Of a DNA stretch of 64,000 nt, positions 47,901 through 60,192 are shown piece after piece. Under the pieces are notes generated by a model. The model was not told where the DNA came from. It made no database searches and saw nothing but the letters and a program-made list of their open reading frames with translations. The position numbers and the translations under genes were made by a program. Source of the stretch: Octopus vulgaris. Lineage: Eukaryota. Each line of letters starts with the position of its first letter. Position 1 is the first letter of the stretch. Location: assembly GCA_951406725.2 (NCBI GenBank), contig OX597823.1:19282001-19346000 (forward strand), read 5' to 3'.

Positions 47901-49501
47901 TTCAGACTGATTTCCCTATGGCTGAATACCCTTCTCGCCAATCCTCACCTGTTTCCAAATAAGGTAATATTTCCCACATGGCCAGACAGGATTTTCGCAG
48001 GAGATCAGAAACACACACACACACATATGTACGACTGGCTTCTCTCAGTTTCTGTCTATTAAATCCATTGACAAAGTTTTAATGAATATTTCAGTAAATT
48101 ACCTTCCTAGTTTTTAACTGGTATTTTATCAGACTTCAAAAGGATTAAAAAGCAGTCTACCGTAACAGGATTTGAACTCAGAACACAGAGAAACATAACT
48201 AAATGCTATACACTATTTCATCCATCATTCCACTGTTTTGGTTTTCTTTTCCTGCTGCAGTTATATATTTTTTTTCTATTTTCATAATGTTATTTATTTA
48301 TAAGATATATTTAATTATATTTTTTCCTTTGTTTGACTTAATGGTGATGGATGGCAGAATCGGTAGAGCACCAGACAAGATGCCTTATAACATTAAGTTA
48401 CATCCCTTGACATCATAAGTTCAAATTCTGTCCAAATAAACTTTACCTTTCAGCTTTCTGGAGACATAATTATCATCATTATTATTTAGATTTTAGTCAA
48501 TCTTGGTCGAACAGACAAAGGAAAAATGTTTCGACTATGAATTTCCTGTATTTAAAAAAAATTTAATAAAGTTTTTTTTTTTTTGCAGTCTTAGTTCATC
48601 TTGGGCTACAATATATAGTATGTCCTTCCATTTATAAAACAGACGTAGTGAGTTTATAAGGGAGATTTCAATGCTATTACTAACAGGTTGACTGGCCACA
48701 TTCCAGTTAGGTATCAATACAATTGATATAATCCTCTCACAAAGATGTGTACCACTTCCACCCCAGGGCCATTCTAATAAAATCTTTGCATTCTCTTCTG
48801 AACACTGTTTATAAGCCAAGTTGTAAATATTCTTGAAATGTTTGTCTGATTTGTCAGTCAATGTTTGTTTGGTTTCCAATTCCTGCTGAAACTGTTTCTG
48901 TTGTTGTTGTTGTGAGACTTTCTCCTATCACGTACAAAAATCAACAAACAAGCCTTGATAAAATTACATTGGTATATGTAATAATAATAATAATAATAAT
49001 AACATTGATAATAATAAATAATTAACATTTTCATTTGTGTCTTATTTTTCTTTTCCATTGATTCTTTTTCCTTTTCTCTCACTTTGTGTCCTCATCCCCA
49101 CCCCTTAATCTTTCCCCTCTCGGTCAGTTAGTTCTTAAATACAATATGACTAACTTATTCATTTTGATCATGTCTCAAAATGATACGAGTCTTAATGTCA
49201 ACAGTTTGTTTTTTTTTGTTTTGATTTTGAAAATGAACATCAACTTTGAGCAAACCTATGAATGAAGTTATTCCAACCATGACCATCCTGTCTCCTGCTT
49301 CATCCACAGTACAGTACACTCAAGACTGAATCATTCAAATGTTCAATACCCACCACTCCCCCCAAAAAAAAAAAAAAACGGTGTGATTTGGAGATTTGAC
49401 TGCTACTTCTAGCTGGTCAAGTGACTACATAGAGACTCCTGTGTTAGCTCATTTATGCATATAAGTGTGAAAATATACGAACACAAGTGTGTGTGTATGT
49501 A

Positions 49502-49532
<31 letters not shown>

Positions 49533-49573
49533 GTGTATATATGTGTGTGTGTGTATATATATATATGTGTATA

Positions 49574-49604
<31 letters not shown>

Positions 49605-49686
49605 GTCCCACCCATGCCAGCATGGAAGGCAGATGTTAAATGATGATATATACACACGTGTGTGTATGTCATCATATGGGTGTGCT

Positions 49687-49898
49687 ACTCTTACTTCCTG
49701 TTTCTGTTGTACCTTGTATTTCAAAGGGCCAGCCTTATCACTCTCTGTGTCACACTGAATATCCCCGAGAACTACGTTAAGGGTACACATGTCTGTGGAG
49801 TGCTCAGCCACTTACACGTTAATTTCACGAGCAGGCTGTTCCGTTGATTCGGATCAACCGGAACCCTCGTCATCGTAACCAACAGAGTGCTTCCATCC
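49687..49898 (+). mobile_element. SINE family B tail type 2, 5'-truncated
   Basis: Matches 57993-58202. Confidence 0.82.
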
Positions 49899-50323
49899 GC
49901 TTTCAAGTGGATACAGCTATAAATAATAGCATTTAATATACTGAGTTAAAATCCTTTGGCTAGGAAAGAGGCTGAATGTTGCCTGTGGAATGCTAACCTC
50001 CATTCACAAGATGCAGGTTCAATTCCTGAGATAGTCTTTTTTGTCCAAGGAATTTTTTTTAACCCAATATAGTAAATGCTGTTACTTATGTCTATCAAAG
50101 GTTACAGGCTGACAGAATTGGGAACACACCAGACAAAATGCCAAATAGCATTTTGCATTCTGCTGACATCCGCTTTGCCTTTCAGGCTTGATAAAATAAG
50201 TCCTTGTTAAATACTTGATGAAATTGACCAGCACCATGCCACAAGATTTCAGGCCTTGTGCCTATAGTAGAAAGTGTTTATGGCTGTATTCCATTTTGAA
50301 ATTTGGTGTGTGTGTGTGTGTGT

Positions 50324-50740
50324 ATCATCATCATCATCATCGTTTAACGTCCGTTTTCCGTGCTAGCATGGGTTGGACGGTTCGACCGGGGTCTGGGAAG
50401 CCAGGAGGCTACACCAGGCTCCAGTCTGATCTGGCAGAGTTTCTACGGCTGGATGCCCTTCCTAACGCCAACTACTCCGCGAGTGTAGTGGGTGCTTTTT
50501 ACGTGCCACCTGCACAGGTGCCAGGGGGGTCCGGCATCGACCACAATCGGTTGGAGCTTTTAACGTGCCAGCGGCACGGAAGCCAGCCAAGGCGGATCTG
50601 GCAACGTTCAGATGGTGCTTTTTATGTGCCACCGGCACAGAAGCCAGTCGGAGCGGCGGTGGCATCGGCCACGTTCGGATGGTGCTTTTTATGTGCCACC
50701 GGCACAGGAGCCAGTCGGGGCGGCGCTGGCATCGGCCACG
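50324..50740 (-). mobile_element. RTE 3' UTR/tail copy
   Basis: Reverse complement of the shared 3' end with internal subrepeats. Confidence 0.85.
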
Positions 50741-50815
50741 TTATATATATGTAATAAAATAGGGTAAGATTATTAATAATTTTACCAAGTATATATATAT
50801 ATATATATATATATA

Positions 50816-50975
50816 GGCGCAGGAGTGGCTGTGTGGTAAGTAGCTTGCTTACCAACTACATGGTTCTGGGTTCAGCCCCACTACATGGCACCTTGGGCAA
50901 GTGTCTTCTATATCCTCGGATCAACCAGTGCCTTGTGAGTGGATTTTGTAGAAGGAAACTGGAAGAAGCCCGTCG

Positions 50976-51007
<32 letters not shown>

Positions 51008-51210
51008 TATATATATATATATACACACGTGTTTGTGTGTCTGTGTTTGTCTCCCCAACATCACTTGACAACCGATGCTGGTGTGTTTATGTCCCCGTAA
51101 CCTAGCGGTTCGGCAAAAGAGGCTTACACAGAATAAATTCTGGGGTTGATTTGCTCGACTATAGGCGATGCTCCAGCATGGCTGCAGTCAAATTACAAAC
51201 AAGTAAAAGA
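50816..51210 (+). mobile_element. SINE family A
   Basis: Homologous to 4805-5219. Confidence 0.85.
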
Positions 51211-51213
51211 AAA

Positions 51214-51250
<37 letters not shown>

Positions 51251-51765
51251 TACATATAAGATCAAAGAAAGCTTCAAGCAATCCATAGTAAATATTAAAA
51301 AAAAAACTTTGGGGGACAAGAGTGGTTTATTGAGATGGTAGGTTGTGGATTTTGTTTCGAAGAACGATAAGCTAAAAAAAGCTCTTTTTTTTTATATTCC
51401 ACAGTAGGCGACCAGGGTTGCCAGGTGTGTGAATAAGAATACAAGAGTTACGGAATGCAGTAGGAAAGATCTGGGCTGCATATGTTTCATAGCAAATGGA
51501 ACCTCAGAAGTGGTAAAATCCAAGTGAGGTGTATACTGCAGGCTACTCTCCAAGCCAAGGACACCTTCATTAGATTAAAGATTACATTGTTGCAAAGAGG
51601 TACATGTTGATACAAAGAATATTCAATCAGGATGTGTCAACTCTTGTATGTATGTATGTATGTATGTATATATCATCATTTGATGATGATGATGATTATA
51701 AATAATATGGATGGCTAATTTGCAATTTTACAACCTAAAGGCAGAAATATGTCACTAAAGTGAAG

Positions 51766-52150
51766 CAGGAGTGGCTGTGTGGTAAGCAGATTGCTTACCA
51801 ACCACAGGGTTCCGGGTTCAGTCCTACTGCATGGCACCTTGGGCAAGTGTCTTGGGCTGACCAAAGACTTGTGAGGTAGATTTAGTAGATAGAAACTGAA
51901 AGAAGCCCATTGTATATATATATATATATGTATGTATGTATGTATGTGTTTGTGTGTCTGTCTGTACCCCCACCATCGCTTGACAACCAATGTTGGCGTA
52001 TTTATGTTCCTGTAACTTAGCGGTTCGGCAAAAGTGGCCAGTAGTTTAAGTACTAGGCTTACTAAGAATAAGTCCTGGGGTCGATTTGTTTGACTAAAGG
52101 CGGTGCTCCAGTATGGCTACAGTCAAATAAATGAATGATACAAATAAAAG
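51766..52150 (+). mobile_element. SINE family A, diverged
   Basis: Homologous to 4805-5219. Confidence 0.82.
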
Positions 52151-52501
52151 AAAGGGTACTAATCAGCACCACTCATATTGCTAGAAATAAGAGCTAAAAC
52201 AACTCAATAGTCAATGAAAGCACTATCTTAATGATCTATGTTACCAGTAGCATTGAAAAGCAATCTGACATAATGGAAACAAAAAAAAAAAACATGGAAA
52301 ACCTAAACTTAAATTCAAAGATACTGCAAAAAGGAATATGAAGTGCAAAGGAATTGGTCAAAATAAATGGCAAACTAAAGCAAAGAACTGACCAGTAAGG
52401 AGAAAGGTTATCCCAGTCATACCAAAAGCCATGAACAGTTATAGTCACAATGGCTGGCTGCAGATAATAATACACACACACATATATATACACACACATG
52501 T

Positions 52502-52534
<33 letters not shown>

Positions 52535-52659
52535 CACCAACACATGTACATACAGCTTAATAGCTATGTACCTCTGTATGCATACATATTTAGTAGAAGG
52601 TATTGATGAGTGTGTGTATATGTAATCACAGACTTGTGTAGTAATTGGTACATGTATAT

Positions 52660-52943
52660 TTTTGTGTAAGTGTATATATGTATATATGTATGTGTATATA
52701 TATATATATATATGTGTGTGTGTATATATATATGTGTATATATATATGTGTGTATATATATATGTGTGTATATATATATGTGTATATATATATGTGTGTA
52801 TATATATATGTGTATATGTATATATATATGTGTATATATATATATATATGTGTATATATATATATATATGTGTATATATATATGTATATATATATATATA
52901 TATATGTGTATATATATATGTGTATATATATATATATATATAT
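52660..52943. repeat. Compound (TA)n/(TG)n microsatellite
   Basis: Directly visible. Confidence 0.97.
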
Positions 52944-53087
52944 AGGGAGAATTCACAAAAAAAACAAAAGACGAAGACAGGTGTTGTAGAAAACAAACAG
53001 ATGTATTAGTATAATGCTCGGGAAGTGAAAAAGTCTTTAATGTTTCAAGCCTACTCTCTTCCACAGAAAGAAACAAGGAGAGAAAAT
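52944..53087 (-). mobile_element. Probable Penelope-like terminal-repeat fragment with a variant hammerhead-like fold
   Basis: - strand TCTTT CTGTGGA AGAG AGTAGG CTT GAAAC ATT AAAGA at 53034-53071, embedded in TA microsatellite. Confidence 0.45.
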
Positions 53088-53834
53088 ATATATATATTTG
53101 TAGATTTATGTGTGGTTTGTATAAATATATATATCTATGAATGTATGATTGTCAATTTGTTCACCTGCCAGTTTGCAGAAAGAAGTAAATAAAGATTTTA
53201 TTTTAAATTGTTGAAAAGCTTTGTTAAACAAACTCTGTGTACGTGTTTGTTTGTTTGTATATTGTTTGTATGTCTTCCACCATTGATCTATATACGTCTC
53301 TTCTTTTGCACACATGACCTAAATATCTGTTCTATTATACAGTCACGAAGTAAATAAATGTGTCGTATGTCTTTTGTGGTGCCACCATCATCATCATCAT
53401 CATCCCTTTGAGGTTCACTTTCCCATGTTTTTATGGGTCACACAGTTTTCTGAGGCAGATTTTCTACAGCTGGATGCCCTTCCTGTCACCAACCTTCACC
53501 TGTTTCCAAACAAGGTGATATTTCCCCATGGCCAGACATGTTTCTGCAGGACATTGGAAATGAATGAATGCCTTTTACTCAATTACAACTTTCACATGAT
53601 ATCAGACAAGGGGGGCACAAACATACCCCCACTCACTCACACATCTCCACACACCCACACAATGGCTTTCTCTTGTAGTTTCCATCAACCAAATCTACTT
53701 TGATCAGTCCAGGGCTATAATAGAACACACTCAGTGGAACTGAACCCAGAACTACATGATTGGGAGACAAACTTCTTAACCACACAGCCACCTGTGCCCT
53801 CTCTCCTGTATACACACACACACACAGACATATA

Positions 53835-56102
53835 TCATCATCATCATCATCGTTTAACGTCCGCTTTCCGCGCTAGCACGGGTTGGACGGTTTGACCGGG
53901 TCTGGGAAGCCAGGGGCCGCTCCAGGCTCCAGTCTGAATCTGGCAGAGTTTCTACGGCTGGATGCCCTTCCTAACGCCAACCACTCCGTGAGTGGATTGG
54001 GTGCTTTTTACGTGCCACCTGCACAGGGGCCGGAGGGTCCGGCATCGTCACGATCGGTTCGAGCATTTTAACGTGTCAGCGGCACGGGGGCAACAAGGTC
54101 CGGGGTACTTTGGGGATCGGGGTACTTTGGGGATCCAGGGTACTTTGGGGATCCGGGGTACTTAGAATGGGTAGGGGGTATGTGGAATTGCTGCAGAAAG
54201 CAGCCCGGGTCTTTGTAGTCACAGCATATCTCCAGAGATCTCGGTCCTTCGCCATTGCCTCAGTGAGGCCCAATGCTCTGAGGTCATGCTTGACCACCTC
54301 ATCCCATGTCTTCCTGGGTCTACCTCTCCCCCTGATACCTTCAACTGTTTGGGAGTGGCACTTCTTCACACATCTCTCTTCATCCATCCGCAGCACATGA
54401 CCATACCATCGCAAGCGTCGCTCTTGCACACCACATCTGATGCTTCTTATATCCAGCATTTCTCTCAGGATACTTACACTCTGTTTTGCGTGCACACTGA
54501 CACTACACATCCAGCGGATCATGCTAGCTTCATTTCTTTCAAGTCTACGCATGTCTTCTGCAGTCACAGCCCATGTTTCATTACCGTGAAGCATGGCAGT
54601 TCGCACACATGCATCATACAATCTACCTTTCGCTCTGAGGGAGAGGCCTTTTGTTGCCAGTAGGGGTAGGAGCTTTCTGAACTTTGCCCAGGCTATTCGT
54701 ATTCTAGTGGTGATACTCTCTGTGCATCCACCTCCGCTACTAACTTGGTCTCCCAGGTAGCGGAAACTATCAACTACTTCTAGTTTCTCTCCCTGGAGTG
54801 TGATGGAATCTGTTTTCTGAGTGTCTGTTGTGTCTATTGTCCCTGTGCATCTGCCGCACATGAAAGCTATCTTATCTGTTAATTTCCCTTTAATGTTGCT
54901 GCACCTCTTATGTGTCCATAACTTACATTGGGTGCATCTTATGGAGTTTCTACCTGTACCTTTCCTACAGGTTGAGCAGGGCCACCTACCCGAGGGGATG
55001 TGTGTTGCGTACCTCTTGCTGCTTACTAATACTTTGGTCTTTGCTACATTTATTCTAAGGCCCTTTGATTCCAACCCTTGCTTCCACACCCGAAATTTCT
55101 CTTCTAGTTCCGGTAGTGATTCTGCTATGAGAGCTAGGTCATCGGCATAGAGGAGCTCCCAGGGGCATCCCGTTTTGAATTCCTCTGTTATTGCCTGAAG
55201 GACTATGATGAATAAAAGGGGACTGAGGGCTGAGCCCTGGTGCACACCTACTTCTACTCGGAATTCTTCACTATATTCGTTGCCAATCCTAACCTTGCTA
55301 ACAGCCTCTCTGTATAGAGCCTGTACAGCCCTTATTAGCCATTCTTCAATCTCCAGTTTCCGCATCGACCACCAGATAAGGGAACGGGGAACCCTGTCAA
55401 AGGCTTTCTCCAAGTCTACAAAAGCTATGTAGAGGGGTTTATCTTTAGCTAGGTACTTCTCCTGCAGTTGTCGGACCAGGAATATAGCATCAGTGGTGCT
55501 TCTACCTGGTACAAAACCGAACTGCATTTCATCTAAACAAATTCTCTCCCTAATGAGATTGGTTATGACCTTCTCTGAGACCTTCATCACCTGGTCCAAC
55601 AGTTTGATACCTCTGTAGTTATTTCTATCTAGAGCATCACCCTTACCCTTGTAGCAGTTGACTATGGTACTGCTGCACCAGTCATTGTGTATGGCTCCAT
55701 TGTGAACTACCTGGTTTACAATGCGGGTGACTATGGCATGGCCCACATAGCCAGCTGTTTTAAGTATCTCAGCAGTGATTCCTGATAGGCCAGGGGCTTT
55801 GCCTGGTTTCATATCCTTAATTGCCTTATCTACAAGGGAGCTGTCTATTCGGGTAGCTGGTCCCTCTACTGGGTCAACATTTGGCAGGCTCTCCTCCTCC
55901 CATTCATTCTCCTCATTCAGCAGTCTTTCATAATGGCTTCTCCAAGCCTCTTTCTTTTCACTAGTAGTAAAAGCAAGTGCCCCATCATCCATGCGAACAC
56001 ATTTCTCTCCTATAACATCGCTATTTTCTCTGACACACTGTCTGGCAATCCGAAATACTTCAGCTCTTTGATCCTCGCGACGCTGGACATTGGCAAACTT
56101 CT
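53835..56102 (-). mobile_element. 5'-truncated RTE LINE, related subfamily
   Basis: RT ORF on the - strand, same 3' end and (GAT)n tail at about 53835-53851. Confidence 0.93.
54076..55992 (-). CDS. RTE LINE reverse transcriptase with an internal C4HC3 finger; frame open upstream to about 56100
   Basis: KPGKAPG, NYRGIKLL, FVDLEKAFD, GVHQGSALSP and YADD motifs. Confidence 0.95.
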   Translation of the reverse strand: MDDGALAFTTSEKKEAWRSHYERLLNEENEWEEESLPNVDPVEGPATRIDSSLVDKAIKDMKPGKAPGLSGITAEILKTAGYVGHAIVTRIVNQVVHNGAIHNDWCSSTIVNCYKGKGDALDRNNYRGIKLLDQVMKVSEKVITNLIRERICLDEMQFGFVPGRSTTDAIFLVRQLQEKYLAKDKPLYIAFVDLEKAFDRVPRSLIWWSMRKLEIEEWLIRAVQALYREAVSKVRIGNEYSEEFRVEVGVHQGSALSPLLFIIVLQAITEEFKTGCPWELLYADDLALIAESLPELEEKFRVWKQGLESKGLRINVAKTKVLVSSKRYATHIPSGRWPCSTCRKGTGRNSIRCTQCKLWTHKRCSNIKGKLTDKIAFMCGRCTGTIDTTDTQKTDSITLQGEKLEVVDSFRYLGDQVSSGGGCTESITTRIRIAWAKFRKLLPLLATKGLSLRAKGRLYDACVRTAMLHGNETWAVTAEDMRRLERNEASMIRWMCSVSVHAKQSVSILREMLDIRSIRCGVQERRLRWYGHVLRMDEERCVKKCHSQTVEGIRGRGRPRKTWDEVVKHDLRALGLTEAMAKDRDLWRYAVTTKTRAAFCSNSTYPLPILSTPDPQSTLDPQSTPIPKVPRTLLPPCR

Positions 56103-56580
56103 ATGTGTATGTTTAATGCTTCCCATGGTGCATGTGTCTCTATCTGCTTATATACCCCTTTTATGTGTCATCTTTTATGTGACCTGGTGCATGGTCGGGT
56201 CGTCGGCGAATAAACCGGCAACCCCACCAAGCTTGCTTGGTGAGGAGGGTGTTTATTGGACACCCTGCGGGATGAAAAACAAAACCCGTCAAAGGACGGA
56301 GGAACTCTTGAGAGTCAACGGGCATCCAATAAATGTCTTAAGGATGTATCTTGCGTGGGGACATAGAAATAATCGGACTGAATACCCGATCACACAGTTA
56401 AACCATTGGGAGTTAAGGACTCCTAGCCTTTGTTAGGGCATCCTTCTAGGAGAAGGTAACTCAGGTAACTGGGATAACTCCGAAATAAAACCTGCGGCTC
56501 AGTGGTTACCGATGATGTTGACTTGTTCTTCTTTTCGGATTATGGCTGCTGTTGCTTAGTGAGTGGGATTGACTCAGTGC
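56103..56580 (+). mobile_element. Probable RTE 5' UTR segment in opposite orientation, abutting the LINE truncation point
   Basis: GC-richer, hairpin-rich block with ggcatccttctaggagaaggtaactc...aaacc, resembling the RTE 5' UTR motif ctaggagaagg..aactct..aaacc. Confidence 0.5.
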
Positions 56581-57189
56581 ACAGCCTTTTCTCACTTTAA
56601 AAAAAAAATCTTCTTGCACAGGCATTGCACGATAACAACATTGATTAAGCTTTGTGCAATGGCCATACTCGATAACGAGGGGGCAGCCACCATGTGTTGT
56701 CTGCATATTTCATTCTCCCCAATTACTTTATCAGCCTGTCAGTCAAACTCGTAATCTTGTTCATAATCATTAATTCTTGCTAACCCCCCACCCCCACCCC
56801 ACCGTTTCCTCTTTCTTACATAACTAAATCCTTCAACATGTCCAACAGGTGAACCACAACAACCATCACCAAAACACCTGTAACCCACCCCACCTACCAA
56901 CTCTTCTGTTACATAAATTCCACTACAACTTTCATTGCAGTAACATGATAACATTGTGAAAGTTGTCTGTTTGACATTTCCATCATAGAAAAACAAACAA
57001 TCTACTTGGAATGTAAATGTCTCTTCTAACAAGGTTTCTTCCAACATACAGTTCCTCTTAGTCTTTTCCTTCCCTTCATTATTCCACTATTTAAACTTTT
57101 TTTGTTGTTGTTTAAGACATTAACCTTTCCCCACTTTCTCTCACCGTTTCTTAGCACCACTTCCATTTCCCTGTCCTTTTTTGTTTTTA

Positions 57190-57336
57190 ATACCCACAAG
57201 GGGCTAAACATACAGGGGACAAACAAGGACAGACAACGGGATTAAGTCGATTACATCAACCCCAGTGCGAAACTGGTACTTAATTTATCGACCCCGAAAG
57301 TATGAAAGGCAAAGTTGACATCGGTGGAATTTGAAC
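57190..57336 (-). mobile_element. SINE family C, partial
   Basis: Matches 17423-17567. Confidence 0.8.
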
Positions 57337-57813
57337 TTTTTTTTTTTAAATTCCTCACCCCTTTGATATCTCAGGCATTTTTTTTTTCTGCCTCAGACAA
57401 AAAAATTGACTTGTAAAGACAAGAAATGTCTTCATATATCGATAAGACGGGGAAAGAATTTTGTAATCATCACTGCCATTTCCCTATCTTTTTCTGCACC
57501 TTTCACTCCCAGACTTTGGATTCACTCACAAAACCTCTATTTTTCTATCTCCCTCTCATTTTTTCTCCTCCTCTCTCTCTCTCCCCGTCTTCGTATTGTT
57601 CTATTAGATGAACAGACAAAAGAAATACCTTGCAGTATTTTTTTATGGCTCCTTTACATTCAAATCCTATTTTAATGTCCACTTTTCCAAACTTGCATGA
57701 GTTACACAGAATTCATTGAAGTATATTTTCTACAGCTAAATGTCCTTCTGTTTGTCAACACTTGTTTGTTTCCAAATAAGGAAATGTTTTCCTATAGCCA
57801 GACATTCTTTCAT

Positions 57814-58202
57814 TGTGGAGGCGCAATGGTCCAGGGGTTAGGGCAGCTGACTCGCGGTCGTAGGATCGTGGTTTCGATTCCCATACCGGGCATTGTGAGT
57901 GTTTATTGAGCGAAAACACCTAAAAAGCTCCACGAGGCTCCGGCAGGGATGGTGGTGATCCCTGCTGTACTCTTTCACCACAACTTTCTCTCACTCTTAC
58001 TTCCTGTTTCTGTTGTATCTGTATTTCAAAGGGCCGGCCTTGTCACTCTCTGTGTCATGCTGAATATCCCCGAGAACTACGTTAAGGGTACACGTGTCTG
58101 TGGAGTGCTCAGCCACTTACACGTTAATTTCACGAGCAGGCTGTTCCGTTGATCGGATCAACCGGAACCCTCGTCGTTGTAACCGATGGAGAGCTTCCAT
58201 TC
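57814..58202 (+). mobile_element. SINE family B, tail type 2
   Basis: 11-bp TSD CATTCTTTCAT at 57803-57813 and 58203-58213. Confidence 0.88.
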
Positions 58203-58228
58203 CATTCTTTCATGGAAGATAAGAAATG

Positions 58229-58445
58229 AAAGGCAGCGAGCTAGCAGAATTGTTAGCATGCTGGGCATAATGCTTAGTGGTTTTTGTCGGTCTTTACGTT
58301 CTGAGTTCAAATTCCACCAAGGTCAACTTTGCCTTTTATCCTTTCGGAGTTGATAAATTAAGAACAGTTGCGTACTGGGGTCGATCTAATCGACTGGCCT
58401 CTTTCCCCACCCCCCAATTTCAAGCCTTGTGCCCATAGTAGAAAG
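58229..58445 (+). mobile_element. SINE family C head with a different tail
   Basis: Family C head and core; ggaagataagaaa repeated on both flanks. Confidence 0.75.
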
Positions 58446-59555
58446 GAAGATAAGAAACGAACAGCACTACCACTACTTGTGTGACAATAACACTTGTTTA
58501 AAACCATTGTGTAATGTCATGACAAGGACACACACACACACACACATATCATCATCGTCATCATCCGTCTTCCATGCTATCATGGGTTGTTCAGTCCAAT
58601 AGGAACCAACAAGTCAGAGAGAGCTGAACCAAGCTCCAATGTCTGCTTTGGCATGGCTTCTATAACTGGGTGCCCTTCATAACGCCACCACCTTACACAG
58701 TGTACTGGGTACATTATTCATAGCACCAGCATTTGTGAGGTTACCAAATAACTTGTAAGACAAGACCCCTTCGATGGAGTGGGAGGGTCAAGTATTGCAG
58801 AAGGAGAACGTAAGGGAGAGGGGCATGAAAATGGTGTTTTGCTGAAGAAGGGATACATGGCTTCCTTAACTCTTTCAAGCTGGGTGGTACAAATAAAGCA
58901 CTACTTATTTGTATCAGTTTAATGAGCGGTGGTATATAATTCGTATCGAAACTTAAAATTCTTTCTGCTGCATGGTTGGTAAAATGTACCACTTTGATCT
59001 ACTGTGCCCATAGTAGAAAGGAAGATAAGAAACGAACAGCACTACCACTACTTGTGTGACAATAACACTTGTTTAAAACCATTGTATAACAACCTTATTA
59101 GGACTTGTGCCTTGGAGGGTAACTTTCTAGGTGCAAACCCTTGGTCATTCAAGACAAGGGGGTCCTTCTAAATTTATATTTCACATGGAATCAAATTTCT
59201 ATAAGGTTACAAACTGATTTCTGTAAGGTTACAAATTGATTTTAGAAGATTCTGGTTTGGTATTTTCCAGAAATTAGTCAAAGTCACATATTGCAACCCA
59301 AAACCTCAAAGAAAAAGCAAGAATATACAAACCAAAGTTGCTAATACTGAAAAGGTGTAGGCATAGATGTGTGGTTAAGAAGTTCGCTTCACAACCATAT
59401 GGTTTGGGGTTCGGTCCCACAGCATGGTATCTTGGGCAAGTGTTTTTTACTATAGACCCTGGTCGGCCAATACCGTGTGAGTGAATTTGGTAGATGGAAA
59501 CTGTGAGAACAAGCAATCTATGGCAAACAAAGGTAGAGTCTTTAAAGTCTGTGGA

Positions 59556-59950
59556 CAGGAGTGGTTGTGTGGTAAGTAGCTTGCTTACCAGCCACATGGT
59601 TCCAGGTTCAGTCCCACTGCGTGGCATGTTGGGCAACTGTCTTCTACTATAGCCTCAGGCCGACCAAAGCTTTGTGAGTGGATTTGGTAGACGGAAACTG
59701 AAAGAAGCCTGTCATATATATATATATGTATATAAGCATGTGTGTGTTTGTGTGTCTGTGTTTGTCCCCCAACATCGCTTGACAACCGATGCTGGTGTGT
59801 TTAGGGTCCCATAACTTAGCGGTTCGGCAAAAGTCACCGATAGAATAAGTACTAGGCTTACAAAGAATAAGTGCTGGGGTCGATTTGCTCGACTGAAGAC
59901 GGTGCTCCAGCATGGCCGCAGTCAAATGACTGAAACAAGTAAAAGAGAGT
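59556..59950 (+). mobile_element. SINE family A
   Basis: Homologous to 4805-5219. Confidence 0.88.
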
Positions 59951-60192
59951 ACAACCAGCCAAAATGTGTAAATGTAGCAAAACACTGATAAGATAGAATG
60001 AGGCTCTGTTCACCATCATCATCATTTAATGTCTATTTTACATACTGCTATGTGTTGGATGGTGTGACAAGAATCAACAAGCCAGAAAATTGTGCTGTGC
60101 TCCGATGTCTGCTCTGGCTTGGTTTCCTGTGCTGGATGCCCTTTCTAATGCTACCACTTCACGTACTTGGAGTGGTTCTTGACCAATGTATG

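Noticed and set aside
52431-53076. Several Y/I/V/C/H/T-rich ORFs (also at 49409-49811)
   Set aside because: Translations of TA/TG microsatellites.
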